This document shows positions 14,880-24,190 of a DNA stretch of 24,633 nucleotides, one piece after another. The position numbers and the translations under genes were made by a program. The notes beneath the pieces are model-generated. The model was not told the origin of the DNA, searched no databases, and was given only the letters and a program-made list of their open reading frames with translations. The stretch is from a virus (lineage: Duplodnaviria > Caudoviricetes). The stretch spans positions 1 through 24,633 of IMG/VR virus record IMGVR_UViG_3300046467_001725. The stretch is one strand, 5' to 3'. The stretch's first letter is position 1; every line of letters begins with the position of its first letter.

Positions 14880-16914
14880 CATCCCGACGGCGCAGTATCT
14901 GAGCACCGAATTTCACTTGCCTGCTGAGGGGGCAGTGTTGCGCGGCCTATATGATTTCCAATACACACCTTACTTTCTTGGCGTTGCCGCTGCTCTGGAC
15001 GATCCAAAAGTCCGTGAAGTGGATCTGATGAAAGCCGCACAGATCGGCTGGACCTGGTTCCTGATAGGCTTTCTTTTCAAAGTGATTCAGCACCTGCCGC
15101 GTCCGATCTTGGTCCTGTTTCCCAGGGAAAAAGATGGCAAAAACTTTCACGATGAAAAGATCTTCTTCGGCGTCAACGTCAACAAAAAAGTAGCGAAGTT
15201 GATGCCGGTCAATACCAGTAAAACCGCTGGCAACCGCTGGGACCACAAGAATTTTCCCGGCGGGTTTCTTAAATTGGTGGCATCGAACTCTCCCGGTAAC
15301 GTCAAATCCACGTCATCGGTGGGTTTGTCAGTGGTGGAAGAACCGGACGACACCAGCGACGACGTTAAGGGGCAGGGGGATGCGGTCGCCCTGCTGGAGG
15401 AGCGCGGTAAGCGTTATCCCGGTTCAAAAATGTTGGTGGGTGGGACGCCTGCTATCAAGGGCGCGAGCAAGACCGAGGCGCGGTTGGCGCTTACCGACTG
15501 CCGGGTACTGCCGATCATCTGCCATGCCTGCGGCCAGGCTCACGTATTGGACTTTGCCCACATTCGGTGGCTCGATATTCCAGAGGAGGCACAGCCCCAC
15601 GAGATTTACGGGCGTGCGGATCCGGAAACGGCTGGCTACGCCTGCCCGCACTGTGGCGATATTTGGGACGATTACCAGCGAAAAGAAAACATCCGCAACA
15701 CGGTGTTCAATGCAATTGACGCGGGCGATCCTTATTGCGGTTGGGTGCCGACCAAACCTTTTTTCGGGCGCGCTGGATTCATTGAACTCAACGAACTCTA
15801 CGCATGTTTGCCCGGTACCCACCTGGCCGAAATTGTTCGCGAGAAACTCAATGCTGAACATCGCGCATCTCTGGGCGATCTATCGGTATTGATCAAGTTC
15901 GTCAACCAGAAACAGGGCCGTGCCTACGAGTACAAATCCGATCTGCCTGAGGCAGATAAACTGGCTGAGCGAGCGGAGGATTACCCGGAGATGTTTGTGC
16001 CCACGGGCGGCTTGGTGATCACCGCCGGTGTTGACGTGCAGCACGATCGCCTGGCGGTGGTGATGCGGGCCTGGGGCCGAGGCGAGGAGTCCTGGCTGAT
16101 CTACTGGGGCGAGATTTACGGCGAGGTGGTACTGCCTAACCAGGGCGTCTGGCTGGATCTGGAAAAGTTGCTGTTTGCGCCGATTCCACATGCCTGCGGT
16201 GCCAAACTGAGGGTGATGGCTACTTCGCTGGATACCTCGGACGGCACCATCACCCAAGACGCGGCGTATGCGTTCTGTCGTAAGCATCAGCGCAACGGTG
16301 TGATGGCGATCAAGGGCGCGAGCGAGCGTGGCGATACCCGTGCCGATGAACGAATGGAGATCTTCAGTGCGCCTCGGCAAGGTGTGGATACGGACAAAGA
16401 GCAAAAGGCCTCGAAGTACGGTCTGCGCCCTTACATTGTCGGTACCTCGCGGGCCAAGGATCTGTGGATTGAGGGCCGGCTGCCATTGACCGGTGACGGC
16501 CCTGGTCGGATGCACTTTTACAAAACGGTGCGCCCGGATTATTTCCGGCAAATCACCGCCGAAGTGAAGGCGCCCAGCCGGCGTCACCACTACCGCAAGG
16601 TCTGGCAGAAAAAGGCCGGCCAACCGAACGAAGGTACCGACTGCGAGACGTATGCGTTGCACGCGGCCCGCTCCCTGAAAACGCACTTGATGCGCGAGCA
16701 TGACTGGGCTGGGCTCGATGCACAGATCCGGCAAGGTGCGTTGTTTGACCCGCCCGAGCCGGATCAATCCGAGCCAGATCCCGATTCCGAAACGGACGGG
16801 ACCAGTCCGGCCCCCGCACCACCAGTCGAACCACCCGATCTCCCGCCCTCTGGCGGGAGAGTTGTTTCTGGGCGCCGTAGTGCAATGCGCGTGCTCTCCC
16901 AACGCAGGAATTAA
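14818..16914 (+). CDS. Terminase large subunit, lambda GpA family
   Basis: YTPY, MKAAQIGWT, VVEEPD, GGTP, two CxxC, AGVDVQ.DR, AIKG, NE..DC..YA. Start uncertain. Confidence 0.95.
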   Translation: MRKTLARSLLAAATRFSPPRDIPTAQYLSTEFHLPAEGAVLRGLYDFQYTPYFLGVAAALDDPKVREVDLMKAAQIGWTWFLIGFLFKVIQHLPRPILVLFPREKDGKNFHDEKIFFGVNVNKKVAKLMPVNTSKTAGNRWDHKNFPGGFLKLVASNSPGNVKSTSSVGLSVVEEPDDTSDDVKGQGDAVALLEERGKRYPGSKMLVGGTPAIKGASKTEARLALTDCRVLPIICHACGQAHVLDFAHIRWLDIPEEAQPHEIYGRADPETAGYACPHCGDIWDDYQRKENIRNTVFNAIDAGDPYCGWVPTKPFFGRAGFIELNELYACLPGTHLAEIVREKLNAEHRASLGDLSVLIKFVNQKQGRAYEYKSDLPEADKLAERAEDYPEMFVPTGGLVITAGVDVQHDRLAVVMRAWGRGEESWLIYWGEIYGEVVLPNQGVWLDLEKLLFAPIPHACGAKLRVMATSLDTSDGTITQDAAYAFCRKHQRNGVMAIKGASERGDTRADERMEIFSAPRQGVDTDKEQKASKYGLRPYIVGTSRAKDLWIEGRLPLTGDGPGRMHFYKTVRPDYFRQITAEVKAPSRRHHYRKVWQKKAGQPNEGTDCETYALHAARSLKTHLMREHDWAGLDAQIRQGALFDPPEPDQSEPDPDSETDGTSPAPAPPVEPPDLPPSGGRVVSGRRSAMRVLSQRRN

Positions 16915-16917
16915 TTC

Positions 16918-17139
16918 ATGGCTATCACCCTGGAACAAGCGCAGGGCCAGCTGCAAGCCTGGCTCGATGCGAGCATGAAGGTCAGCCAAAAGCAGAGCTA
17001 TCGCATCGGCACCCGGCAATTGGAATACGCCGACCTTGCCGAAATCACCAAGACGATCGACTACTGGCAACAGCAAGTTGATCGCCTGGAGAGCGGTCGC
17101 ACTCGGGGGATCGTCCTGCGTGGGATTACGCCGCGATGA
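16918..17139 (+). CDS. gpW-like head-completion protein (DUF6148-like)
   Basis: QSYRIGTRQL..ADL.EI...I.YW; between terminase and portal. Confidence 0.8.
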   Translation: MAITLEQAQGQLQAWLDASMKVSQKQSYRIGTRQLEYADLAEITKTIDYWQQQVDRLESGRTRGIVLRGITPR

Positions 17140-18746
17140 GCCGCGCGCCGAAAGTGCCAGAGCCGACGCTGCTGGATAAGGCCATCACCTGGCTCAGCCC
17201 CGAGCGCGGCGCCAAGCGCATGCACGCCCGGTTGACCATGACTGCCTTGGGCGGTTACAGCGGCGCGTCGAAGTCCAAGCGCACGTTGAGCGCCTGGACC
17301 CCGACGGCAGGCAGTGCGGCAGCAGATCTGCTGCCCGACTTGCCCACGCTTCGCGAACGCTGCCGAGACCTTGAACGCAACAACCCCATCGGTGGTGGTG
17401 CGATCAATACGGTGACGACGAAAACGGTCGGCACCGGCCTGGCGCTTAAGTCAGTGGTCAATCGCTCGATTTTGGGCTGGGACGAAGACCAAGCCAGGGA
17501 GTGGCAGCGCAAAACCGAATCGCTGTTCAAGTCCTGGGCGGAAACCACCAGCTGCGACATCACCCGCGAGCAGAATTTCTATGGTCTGCAGGATCTGACC
17601 TGGCGATCTGTGCTGAGCAGCGGTGACGTCTTTACGTTGCTCACGCACAAAGAACAACCGGGTCAGCACTACTCGGCGTGCATCCAACTGATTGAGGCCG
17701 ACCGGGTTTGTAACCCTAGCAATAAGGCGGACACGGAAGCCCTCACGGCCGGCATTGAGCGTGACGCCGATGGTGCACCGATCAAGGCTCACATTTTGCG
17801 CAGTCACCCGGGGGCACTCGGCGTCAAAGAGCGCGTCTGGGATGACCGCCCGTTCTTCAACGAGCGCGGCGGTCGGGTGCTGCTGCATGTGTACCGGCGT
17901 CGTCGGGTGGGCCAGCCACGCGGTGTGCCGTATTTGGCGCCGGTGATCGAGAAGCTCAAGCAGTTGGACCGTTACACCGATGCCGAGCTGGAAGCGGCGG
18001 TGGTGTCTGCGTTCTTCGCCGTGTTCATCAAGCCAGGGCAGAGCGGCAATCTGAGCCCTTTGGCATCGGCCGTTACTGGCAACACACCGGTAGGTGGCGA
18101 TAAACCCGCCGGGCGCGACCAGGGCGGTTGGGATGGCTCACTCAGTGGCGGCATTGTCGCCGAGCTGGACGACGGTGCGTCGATCGATACCGCATCACCC
18201 GGTCGCCCGAACATGGCATTCGATCCGTTCGTACTCGCCATGCTTCGACAGATCGGCATGGCCCTGGAGCTGCCTTACGAGGTGCTGATTAAGCACTTTA
18301 CCGCCAGTTACACCGCCGCACGTGCTGCGGTGATGGAGGCTTGGCAGTTCGTTCGCGGTTGCCGTGATTTCCTGGGCCAACATTTCTGCCAGCCCGTGTA
18401 CGAGCATTGGCTTGAAGAGGCTGTGGCGCAGGGGGACATTGAGGCTCCCGGGTTTTTCGACCACCCGTTGCTGCGCTATGCGTACAGCGGGTCGCTATGG
18501 GTGGGTGATGGTCCTGGCACCGTTGATCCGCTCAAAGACATCAATGCCGCCGAAAAGCGCATCGATATTGGCGTCAGCACGCTCGCCAAGGAATCCATGC
18601 TTTACGACGGCAGCGACTGGGAAGAGAACCACGAACAGCGTGCGCTTGAAGTGAAGCGTAGGCGCGATGACGGCCTATCTGTCTCACCAATGGCTCGCCC
18701 CGAGGATGAGCCTGCGGCCAATCCTGATCTTCCTGAACGGACCTGA
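17136..18746 (+). CDS. Portal protein, lambda family
   Basis: LRER.RDL.RNNP, QLIEADR, GQ.RG.P.LAPV, SY.AARAA, DPLKD. Confidence 0.95.
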   Translation: MSRAPKVPEPTLLDKAITWLSPERGAKRMHARLTMTALGGYSGASKSKRTLSAWTPTAGSAAADLLPDLPTLRERCRDLERNNPIGGGAINTVTTKTVGTGLALKSVVNRSILGWDEDQAREWQRKTESLFKSWAETTSCDITREQNFYGLQDLTWRSVLSSGDVFTLLTHKEQPGQHYSACIQLIEADRVCNPSNKADTEALTAGIERDADGAPIKAHILRSHPGALGVKERVWDDRPFFNERGGRVLLHVYRRRRVGQPRGVPYLAPVIEKLKQLDRYTDAELEAAVVSAFFAVFIKPGQSGNLSPLASAVTGNTPVGGDKPAGRDQGGWDGSLSGGIVAELDDGASIDTASPGRPNMAFDPFVLAMLRQIGMALELPYEVLIKHFTASYTAARAAVMEAWQFVRGCRDFLGQHFCQPVYEHWLEEAVAQGDIEAPGFFDHPLLRYAYSGSLWVGDGPGTVDPLKDINAAEKRIDIGVSTLAKESMLYDGSDWEENHEQRALEVKRRRDDGLSVSPMARPEDEPAANPDLPERT

Positions 18747-18748
18747 CT

Positions 18749-20113
18749 ATGAGCGACAACCCAATCGATGCACCTCCCGTGCACCGGGTGACGGCGTTCG
18801 ACCTGGTATCACGCGAGCCCTGGGCCATCACCCCGGACATGCTGCAGACCATCACCGCCATCGCCCGCCGGGAGCATGAAGGCCCGGAAGCCTTGGAGGC
18901 CAGGCAGGGCAAACCCTTGCAGAACAGCCGCGCGGTGACTCAACGCGGCAATGTGGCGTTGCTGCCCGTCACCGGCCCGGTGTTCCGCTACGCCAACTTG
19001 TTTACGGCGCTGTCCGGTGCGACGTCGCTGGATGTGCTGGCCAAGGAGTTCACCACCGCCGTCGACGATCCGCGCACCGACACCATCATCCTGGTGATGG
19101 ACACGCCGGGTGGGATTGCCAGCGGCATCGCTGAATTTGGCCAGATGATCCGCGCCTCGCCCAAGCGGGTGGTTGCGTATGTGTCCGGTAACGCGGCCAG
19201 CGCTGGCTACTGGATAGCTGCAGCAGCCCACGAAATCGTCATGAGCCGCACCGGCGCCGTGGGCTCCATCGGCACGGTGCTGACGGTGCGCAAAAGCGAC
19301 GACGACGGCAGTTTCGAGATCGTCAGCAGCCAGAGCCCGAAAAAGCGCCCTGACTTCGGTACCGAGTCAGGGCGGGCAGTGGCCCAGGCGCATGTCGACC
19401 GGCTGACTGACATCTTTGTCGAGGACGTCGCCAATTACCGTGGCCTCAGTGTTGAAACCGTTTTGGCCGACTTCGGCCAGGGCGATATGCGGATTGGCTC
19501 CGATGCCGTGGCATTGGGCATGGCCGACCGTGAATCCACCCTTGAACAACTCATTGCCGAGTTCAACAGCAGTTCTTTTGGAGAAAAACCTATGTCCACC
19601 ACCACCAGCAGTAACGCCCCCGCGCCGACTGCAGACAAACCCGTTATCAACCGCGAATACCTGGCCGCGAATCATGCCGAGCTGCTGGCCAGCCTGGAAC
19701 ATGACGCGCATGCCGCTGGTGCAGCTGCCGGCGCCCGCGCTGAGTGCGAACGCATCCAGGCGGTGGAAGCGGCCGCGCTGCCCGGGCATGAAGAGTTGAT
19801 CGCCACGCTCAAGTTCGACGGCAAAACCAGCGGTGCCGAAGCGGCGGCGCAGGTCATCGGCGCCGAAAAAACCAAACGCGCCGGTGCGCTGGCCGACATT
19901 CGTGCCCAGGCGCCTGCGCCGGTGCCCAACGCGCTGACGCCACCGGCAGCCCCTGAGGCTGTGAAGGAGGATCCCGAGGCGCCGCTGGAGGAACGCGCCA
20001 AGGCGACCTGGGACGGCGACAAAGAGCTGCGGGCCGAGTTTGGCACCTTCGAGGCTTATCACGGCTACCGCAAGGCCACCGAGCGGGGCCTGGTCAAGGT
20101 CCTGAAAAAGTAA
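18749..20113 (+). CDS. S49-family prohead protease with C-terminal scaffold domain (lambda gpC-like)
   Basis: DTPGG, AASAGYWIA, VGSIG; Ala-rich helical C-terminus. Confidence 0.92.
   Translation: MSDNPIDAPPVHRVTAFDLVSREPWAITPDMLQTITAIARREHEGPEALEARQGKPLQNSRAVTQRGNVALLPVTGPVFRYANLFTALSGATSLDVLAKEFTTAVDDPRTDTIILVMDTPGGIASGIAEFGQMIRASPKRVVAYVSGNAASAGYWIAAAAHEIVMSRTGAVGSIGTVLTVRKSDDDGSFEIVSSQSPKKRPDFGTESGRAVAQAHVDRLTDIFVEDVANYRGLSVETVLADFGQGDMRIGSDAVALGMADRESTLEQLIAEFNSSSFGEKPMSTTTSSNAPAPTADKPVINREYLAANHAELLASLEHDAHAAGAAAGARAECERIQAVEAAALPGHEELIATLKFDGKTSGAEAAAQVIGAEKTKRAGALADIRAQAPAPVPNALTPPAAPEAVKEDPEAPLEERAKATWDGDKELRAEFGTFEAYHGYRKATERGLVKVLKK
19592..20113 (+). CDS. Nested in-frame scaffold protein (Nu3-like), 173 aa
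   Basis: Internal SD GGAGA (19580-19584) before in-frame ATG 19592, in an AT-rich patch. Confidence 0.65.
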   Translation: MSTTTSSNAPAPTADKPVINREYLAANHAELLASLEHDAHAAGAAAGARAECERIQAVEAAALPGHEELIATLKFDGKTSGAEAAAQVIGAEKTKRAGALADIRAQAPAPVPNALTPPAAPEAVKEDPEAPLEERAKATWDGDKELRAEFGTFEAYHGYRKATERGLVKVLKK

Positions 20114-20155
20114 GTACCGGGTAACCCCTTTCCACCCATGGCTCTGGAGAATCCT

Positions 20156-20572
20156 ATGCCTCTTACACTCGACACCCCCCGCGCTTATGAAATCGGGGAC
20201 ATCAACGATTTGTCGGTCGCGGCCGGTGTGCAGATTTTCGAAGGCTCGGCGGTTGGCATTGTCGCGGCCAACGGCCTTGCGCGACCTCTGGCGGCAGGCG
20301 ACCTGTTCGTGGGCTTCGCCGATCGCGGCGTCGATAATCGAATCGGTGCCGCTGCAGCAGCGCGCGTGCGTCTTCGCGAAGTGGGCAAAGTTGAACTGCC
20401 CGTCACTGCGCTGGCGATCACCGACATCGGTAAGCCGGTGTATGCCAGCGACAGCGGCACGTTTCTGCTCACCGCCGCCGGGAACAGCCTGATCGGGCAT
20501 GTTCACCGATTCGTGCGCACCGGCGTCGGCATCGTCAAGTTCACCGCCCAGGCCATCCCCATAGCGGCCTAA
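20156..20572 (+). CDS. Head decoration/cement protein (DUF2190-like)
   Basis: SD GGAGA; small Gly/Ala-rich beta protein between protease and capsid; DIGKPVYASD. Confidence 0.7.
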   Translation: MPLTLDTPRAYEIGDINDLSVAAGVQIFEGSAVGIVAANGLARPLAAGDLFVGFADRGVDNRIGAAAAARVRLREVGKVELPVTALAITDIGKPVYASDSGTFLLTAAGNSLIGHVHRFVRTGVGIVKFTAQAIPIAA

Positions 20573-20637
20573 CGCAACACTCAACCCGTTTTTCAGACTG
20601 TTTTTTCTGACCGTATCCTTCTTAAGGAGAATCACCC

Positions 20638-21585
20638 ATGGGTGCTGAAGTACTTTCCAGCCGTGCCATCATCGGCATGTTTTACGAACTGCTCGAGCAG
20701 AATGTGGGGTCGAACTGGATCGACGCCGTGTCCAACCTGTTCGACTCCGACCAGGCCAAAGAAACCTATCCGTGGATCGGCATGGTGCCGACCTTGCGTG
20801 AGTGGATTGGTGGTCGCCACGCCAAGGGCTTTATCAGCGCTGATCTCGAAATCGAAAACCTGCATTTTGAGGCCACCCTCGAAGTGCTGGTCACCGAGCT
20901 GCGCCGCGACAAAACTGGACAGTTGCGCATCCGCCTGGGCGAGCTGGCCGACCGCACTAACGCGCACTGGGCACGACTGCTGTCGGTGCTGCTGCTCAAC
21001 GGCGAAAGCCAGACCTGCTACGACGGCCAGTATTTTTTTGATACTGACCATGAAGAAGGTCAGAGCGGGATGCAGTCCAACAAGATCACCACCAAGATCT
21101 CCGAACTGCCGGCAAAGCTTCATGGTTCCCCCACTCACCCTAGCGTCGAGGAGTTTCAGCAGGCAGTTGCTCGGTCGGTCACCCAGTTGACCAGCCTGAA
21201 GGATGACCAAGGCGAACCTATCAACGAGCTCGCCCGCGAGTTTCTGGTGATGGTGCCGTTCAATCTGCTGAGCGTCGCGCAGGCGGCGCTCAGTGTCCCG
21301 CGCGGTACTGACATCAGCGAAATAGTGATGCCGGACAACGTGGTGGTTCGCGTGGTGGGCAACGTGCGCCTCAACGCCTGGCAGGACAAGTTCGTGACCT
21401 TCCGCACGGACGGTCGTTTGAAAGCGTTCATCCGCCAACAGGAAACCGACGTGGCCATGAAAGCCAAGGCCGAGGGCTCGGAGTACGAGTTCGACAACGA
21501 TGCTCATCAGTATGGCGTCGACACCTGGCGCAACGTGGGTTTTGGGCGCTGGCAGTATGCCGTTCTTAACCAACTGGTGGCGTAA
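20638..21585 (+). CDS. Major capsid protein, Mu gpT-like
   Basis: S....ETY.WIG..P.LREWIG.R, FE.T..V...E...D..G, CYDGQYFFDTDH, YGVD..RNVGFG.WQ.A; SD AAGGAG. Confidence 0.9.
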   Translation: MGAEVLSSRAIIGMFYELLEQNVGSNWIDAVSNLFDSDQAKETYPWIGMVPTLREWIGGRHAKGFISADLEIENLHFEATLEVLVTELRRDKTGQLRIRLGELADRTNAHWARLLSVLLLNGESQTCYDGQYFFDTDHEEGQSGMQSNKITTKISELPAKLHGSPTHPSVEEFQQAVARSVTQLTSLKDDQGEPINELAREFLVMVPFNLLSVAQAALSVPRGTDISEIVMPDNVVVRVVGNVRLNAWQDKFVTFRTDGRLKAFIRQQETDVAMKAKAEGSEYEFDNDAHQYGVDTWRNVGFGRWQYAVLNQLVA

Positions 21586-21620
21586 GCCTTTCGGCCTGAC
21601 ACCTCACTGAGGGCATTGAT

Positions 21621-21869
21621 ATGCCGAAATACCGCGTGGAACAGACGATCACCCTTTATGGGGGGGAACTGATCCTGAATGCGGCCCAGGCCAGTGCGCG
21701 TGCGCACAACCTGGAGCCGGTCGAAAACAAGAAGGGTCGCTACATCATTGTGTCGCCTGTTCAGTTCAAAGCGGGGGAGGTGATTGTGATTCCCGGCGAA
21801 CCGGACAAGGCATTGGGGCAGCGGTTATCGAAACTGGACAAGGTCGTAGGAGAGCGTAATGCCGAATAA
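21621..21869 (+). CDS. Hypothetical head-associated protein
   Basis: SD GAGG; in operon after the capsid gene. Confidence 0.75.
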   Translation: MPKYRVEQTITLYGGELILNAAQASARAHNLEPVENKKGRYIIVSPVQFKAGEVIVIPGEPDKALGQRLSKLDKVVGERNAE

Positions 21870-22068
21870 ATCCTACACCGTGCTATCCGGCTCCTTTCGC
21901 GGGCCAGATGACAAACTGACCGGTCCGGGGGGCATGATCGAGTTGCCTGACGACGTGGCCGAGCGTTTTCGTCACCAGCTGGACGTGTTGGTGGCCGAGC
22001 CGCCACCGGCATCTCCCGCTGCGGGCGAGGGCGGACGCAAGCCCGTCAAGGTGAGCCCTGATGCTTGA
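21859..22068 (+). CDS. Hypothetical protein
   Basis: SD AGGAG; overlaps both neighbours. Confidence 0.7.
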   Translation: MPNKSYTVLSGSFRGPDDKLTGPGGMIELPDDVAERFRHQLDVLVAEPPPASPAAGEGGRKPVKVSPDA

Positions 22069-22348
22069 CGAAGATCTCAGGGGCTTCCTTGAGGACTTCG
22101 ACGTTGGCGGGATGGTAGATGGTCAGCCGTTTCTGGCCGCGCGGGATATGCCGGACGAAATCCACGGCATGGGCGGCACCAACAGCCAGTCGACCGGCTA
22201 CGAGATCCTGGTCATCACCGCCGAGGCCGAGCGCCTGGGCATCGACAATCCCAAACTGATCACCGTCGACGGCGTGAATTTTCGCGTTCGTGACCGCCGG
22301 ATGATGGATGACGGCGCCTTTAGCCTGGCCTCCCTCACCAAGGTTTAA
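22061..22348 (+). CDS. Head-tail joining protein (gpFII-like)
   Basis: M.DEDL..FL.DF...ITVDG..F.VR....DDG.F....L pattern and position. Confidence 0.7.
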   Translation: MLDEDLRGFLEDFDVGGMVDGQPFLAARDMPDEIHGMGGTNSQSTGYEILVITAEAERLGIDNPKLITVDGVNFRVRDRRMMDDGAFSLASLTKV

Positions 22349-22353
22349 CCCTC

Positions 22354-22806
22354 ATGCCCTCGATTCAAGAACGCATCGTCGCAAAGGCGCAGGCGCTGAT
22401 TCTGGCCGCCGGTACGTTGGCGGCAGACCGGGTATATCGGAGTCGCACTGAGGCGATCAAACGGGACATGACGCCGGCGATCGTGCTGCGCCCTGACCTT
22501 GAAACGTGTGAGCGCGAAAGCGCGGTCGTGGATCGCAACCAGTTCGAGCTGACGGTGGAAATCATCGCCCGGGAGGACACGATCACAGGTGCTGCCTGGG
22601 ATCAGGTGGCTGACTTGGTCAAGGTGGCCGTGCATGCGGTCCTGATGGCAGAGGACGCCTTTGAAGAAGCGGATCGGGTGCAGCGCTTCTATATCGACTG
22701 GATCGAGGACGAAGGCGACAACACTGCCGGCAACTGCATGGTGCGTTACCGATTCACCTACCTGTGCAACACCGGCGACCTGACGGCCGGACCTAACTTT
22801 TACTGA
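22354..22806 (+). CDS. Tail terminator protein (gpU-like)
   Basis: Acidic 150 aa; RVYRSR..A......PAI; immediately before the tail tube gene. Confidence 0.7.
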   Translation: MPSIQERIVAKAQALILAAGTLAADRVYRSRTEAIKRDMTPAIVLRPDLETCERESAVVDRNQFELTVEIIAREDTITGAAWDQVADLVKVAVHAVLMAEDAFEEADRVQRFYIDWIEDEGDNTAGNCMVRYRFTYLCNTGDLTAGPNFY

Positions 22807-22816
22807 GGAACACATT

Positions 22817-23572
22817 ATGCAAATCGCATTCGGCAGCGGGTTGTTTTACGCCACTCCGCTGATGGACGCCTATGGCAACGCCATTTCCGCGCCGACCCCC
22901 ATCCTGCTGGGCATCATGCAAGAAGCATCGGTGGACCTGTCGTTTGATTCCAAGGAACTGTTCGGCAGCGAGCAGTTTGCGGTCGACGCGGCGCGGGGCC
23001 AGGGCAAGCTGACTGGCAAGGCCAAGTCCGCACAGATCAGCCTGCTGCAGTGGAATCAGCTGGTATTCGGGCAGACCCTGACCAGCGGCCAGGTGTTAGT
23101 TCATCACTCCAAGGAGCCCACAGTGGTGCCGGGAGGGGGCACGATCACCGTGGAGCCTCCAGCGGGCGGGACGCTCTCTGGTGATCTTGGGGTACGGGGC
23201 GCCGGTGCGATCCCTTACGTAAGGGTACTGAGCGCGCCGACAGTTGGGCAGTACACCTTTGATGCCGCCACGCGGGAGTATGCATTTGCCGCTGCAGACG
23301 TGGCCAAGTCGGTGTTCATTGATTACCGCTACACCGTTACGACGGGTAAAAGCCTGTCGGTGAAAAACCTGCCCATGGGTGACATGCCTGTATTCCAGGG
23401 CGAGCTGGTCCTGAAATACAAGGGCAAGACTGTGTACGTGCGCGTGCCGAACTTTGTCAGCAACAAGCTGGGGATCGCCACCAAACAGGACGACTACACC
23501 ATCCCGGACTTTGAATTCACCGGCTACGCGGATGAGTTCGGCGAGGTGTGCTATTGGAGTGCCAACGAATGA
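22817..23572 (+). CDS. Major tail tube protein
   Basis: FGSG, G..QE.SVD.S...KELFG..QF, K.DDYTIPDFEF; SD GAGGA; position. Confidence 0.78.
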   Translation: MQIAFGSGLFYATPLMDAYGNAISAPTPILLGIMQEASVDLSFDSKELFGSEQFAVDAARGQGKLTGKAKSAQISLLQWNQLVFGQTLTSGQVLVHHSKEPTVVPGGGTITVEPPAGGTLSGDLGVRGAGAIPYVRVLSAPTVGQYTFDAATREYAFAAADVAKSVFIDYRYTVTTGKSLSVKNLPMGDMPVFQGELVLKYKGKTVYVRVPNFVSNKLGIATKQDDYTIPDFEFTGYADEFGEVCYWSANE

Positions 23573-23916
23573 CGGTCGTGAATGTCCCCGGCGTTTCGTT
23601 CCCGTTTCCAGGGAAAACGCTAGTCATCCCACCCCTGGCGCTGGGGGATCTGGAGCAACTGCTGGAGCGGATCAACGCGGTGATGGCCGGCAACATGGAC
23701 CGGGACAGTATCGCGACGGTGATCGATGCCACCCATGCAGCACTGCGTCGGAACTATCCCGACATCGAGCGTGCAGAAGTGGCAGCGCTGCTGGACCTTC
23801 GCAATATGCGGGAGGCGTTGGATGCCGTCATGAGCGCCTCTGGCCTTGAAGTCACGGAGCCGGCACCGGGGGAAGGCCAGGCCCCTTCGACTGGGGCCAA
23901 CTCTACGCTCACCTGA
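23569..23916 (+). CDS. Tail assembly chaperone (gpG-like)
   Basis: ATGA overlap with the tail tube gene; IPPL.LG.LEQL...AL.RNYP; ends shortly after a slippery site. Confidence 0.8.
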   Translation: MTVVNVPGVSFPFPGKTLVIPPLALGDLEQLLERINAVMAGNMDRDSIATVIDATHAALRRNYPDIERAEVAALLDLRNMREALDAVMSASGLEVTEPAPGEGQAPSTGANSTLT

Positions 23917-24173
23917 TCGCCAGTACCGGGCAAAGCCCGGTCACGCTCCGGCGTGACTGGGACATGATCATGGTGGGCCATATGACGAACTACTGGCGCA
24001 ATCATCCGCCGGTCCATGTCCTTGTAGCTGGCTACATGAATTTCAAACCAGCCGAGGAAGTCACGTGCACAAATGACCTTTATAGCAATTTGGCTGCAAT
24101 AGCTGCGGACGTGCGAGATGAATTGCCAGAGCATTTAAGAAATGCACTGGATACTTTCTCCTTAGCTCAGTAG
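23868..24173 (+). CDS. -1 frameshift extension of the chaperone (gpGT-like; fusion about 201 aa)
   Basis: G GGG GAA at 23868-23874; the -1 frame is open to TAG 24173 (PFDWGQLYAHLIASTG...YWRNHPPVHVLVAGY). Confidence 0.75.
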   Translation, partial: GGRPGPFDWGQLYAHLIASTGQSPVTLRRDWDMIMVGHMTNYWRNHPPVHVLVAGYMNFKPAEEVTCTNDLYSNLAAIAADVRDELPEHLRNALDTFSLAQ

Positions 24174-24190
24174 TTATGGCTCTACCTTGT

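Noticed and set aside
19597-19605. CACCACCAC in the scaffold start
   Set aside because: It encodes Ser-Thr-Thr-Thr with no enclosing stem, so it is not counted with the leader motifs.
15880-21573. Long minus-strand ORFs (15880-17076, 19367-20635, 20632-21573)
   Set aside because: They are antisense shadows of GC-rich terminase, protease and capsid genes, with no motifs of their own.
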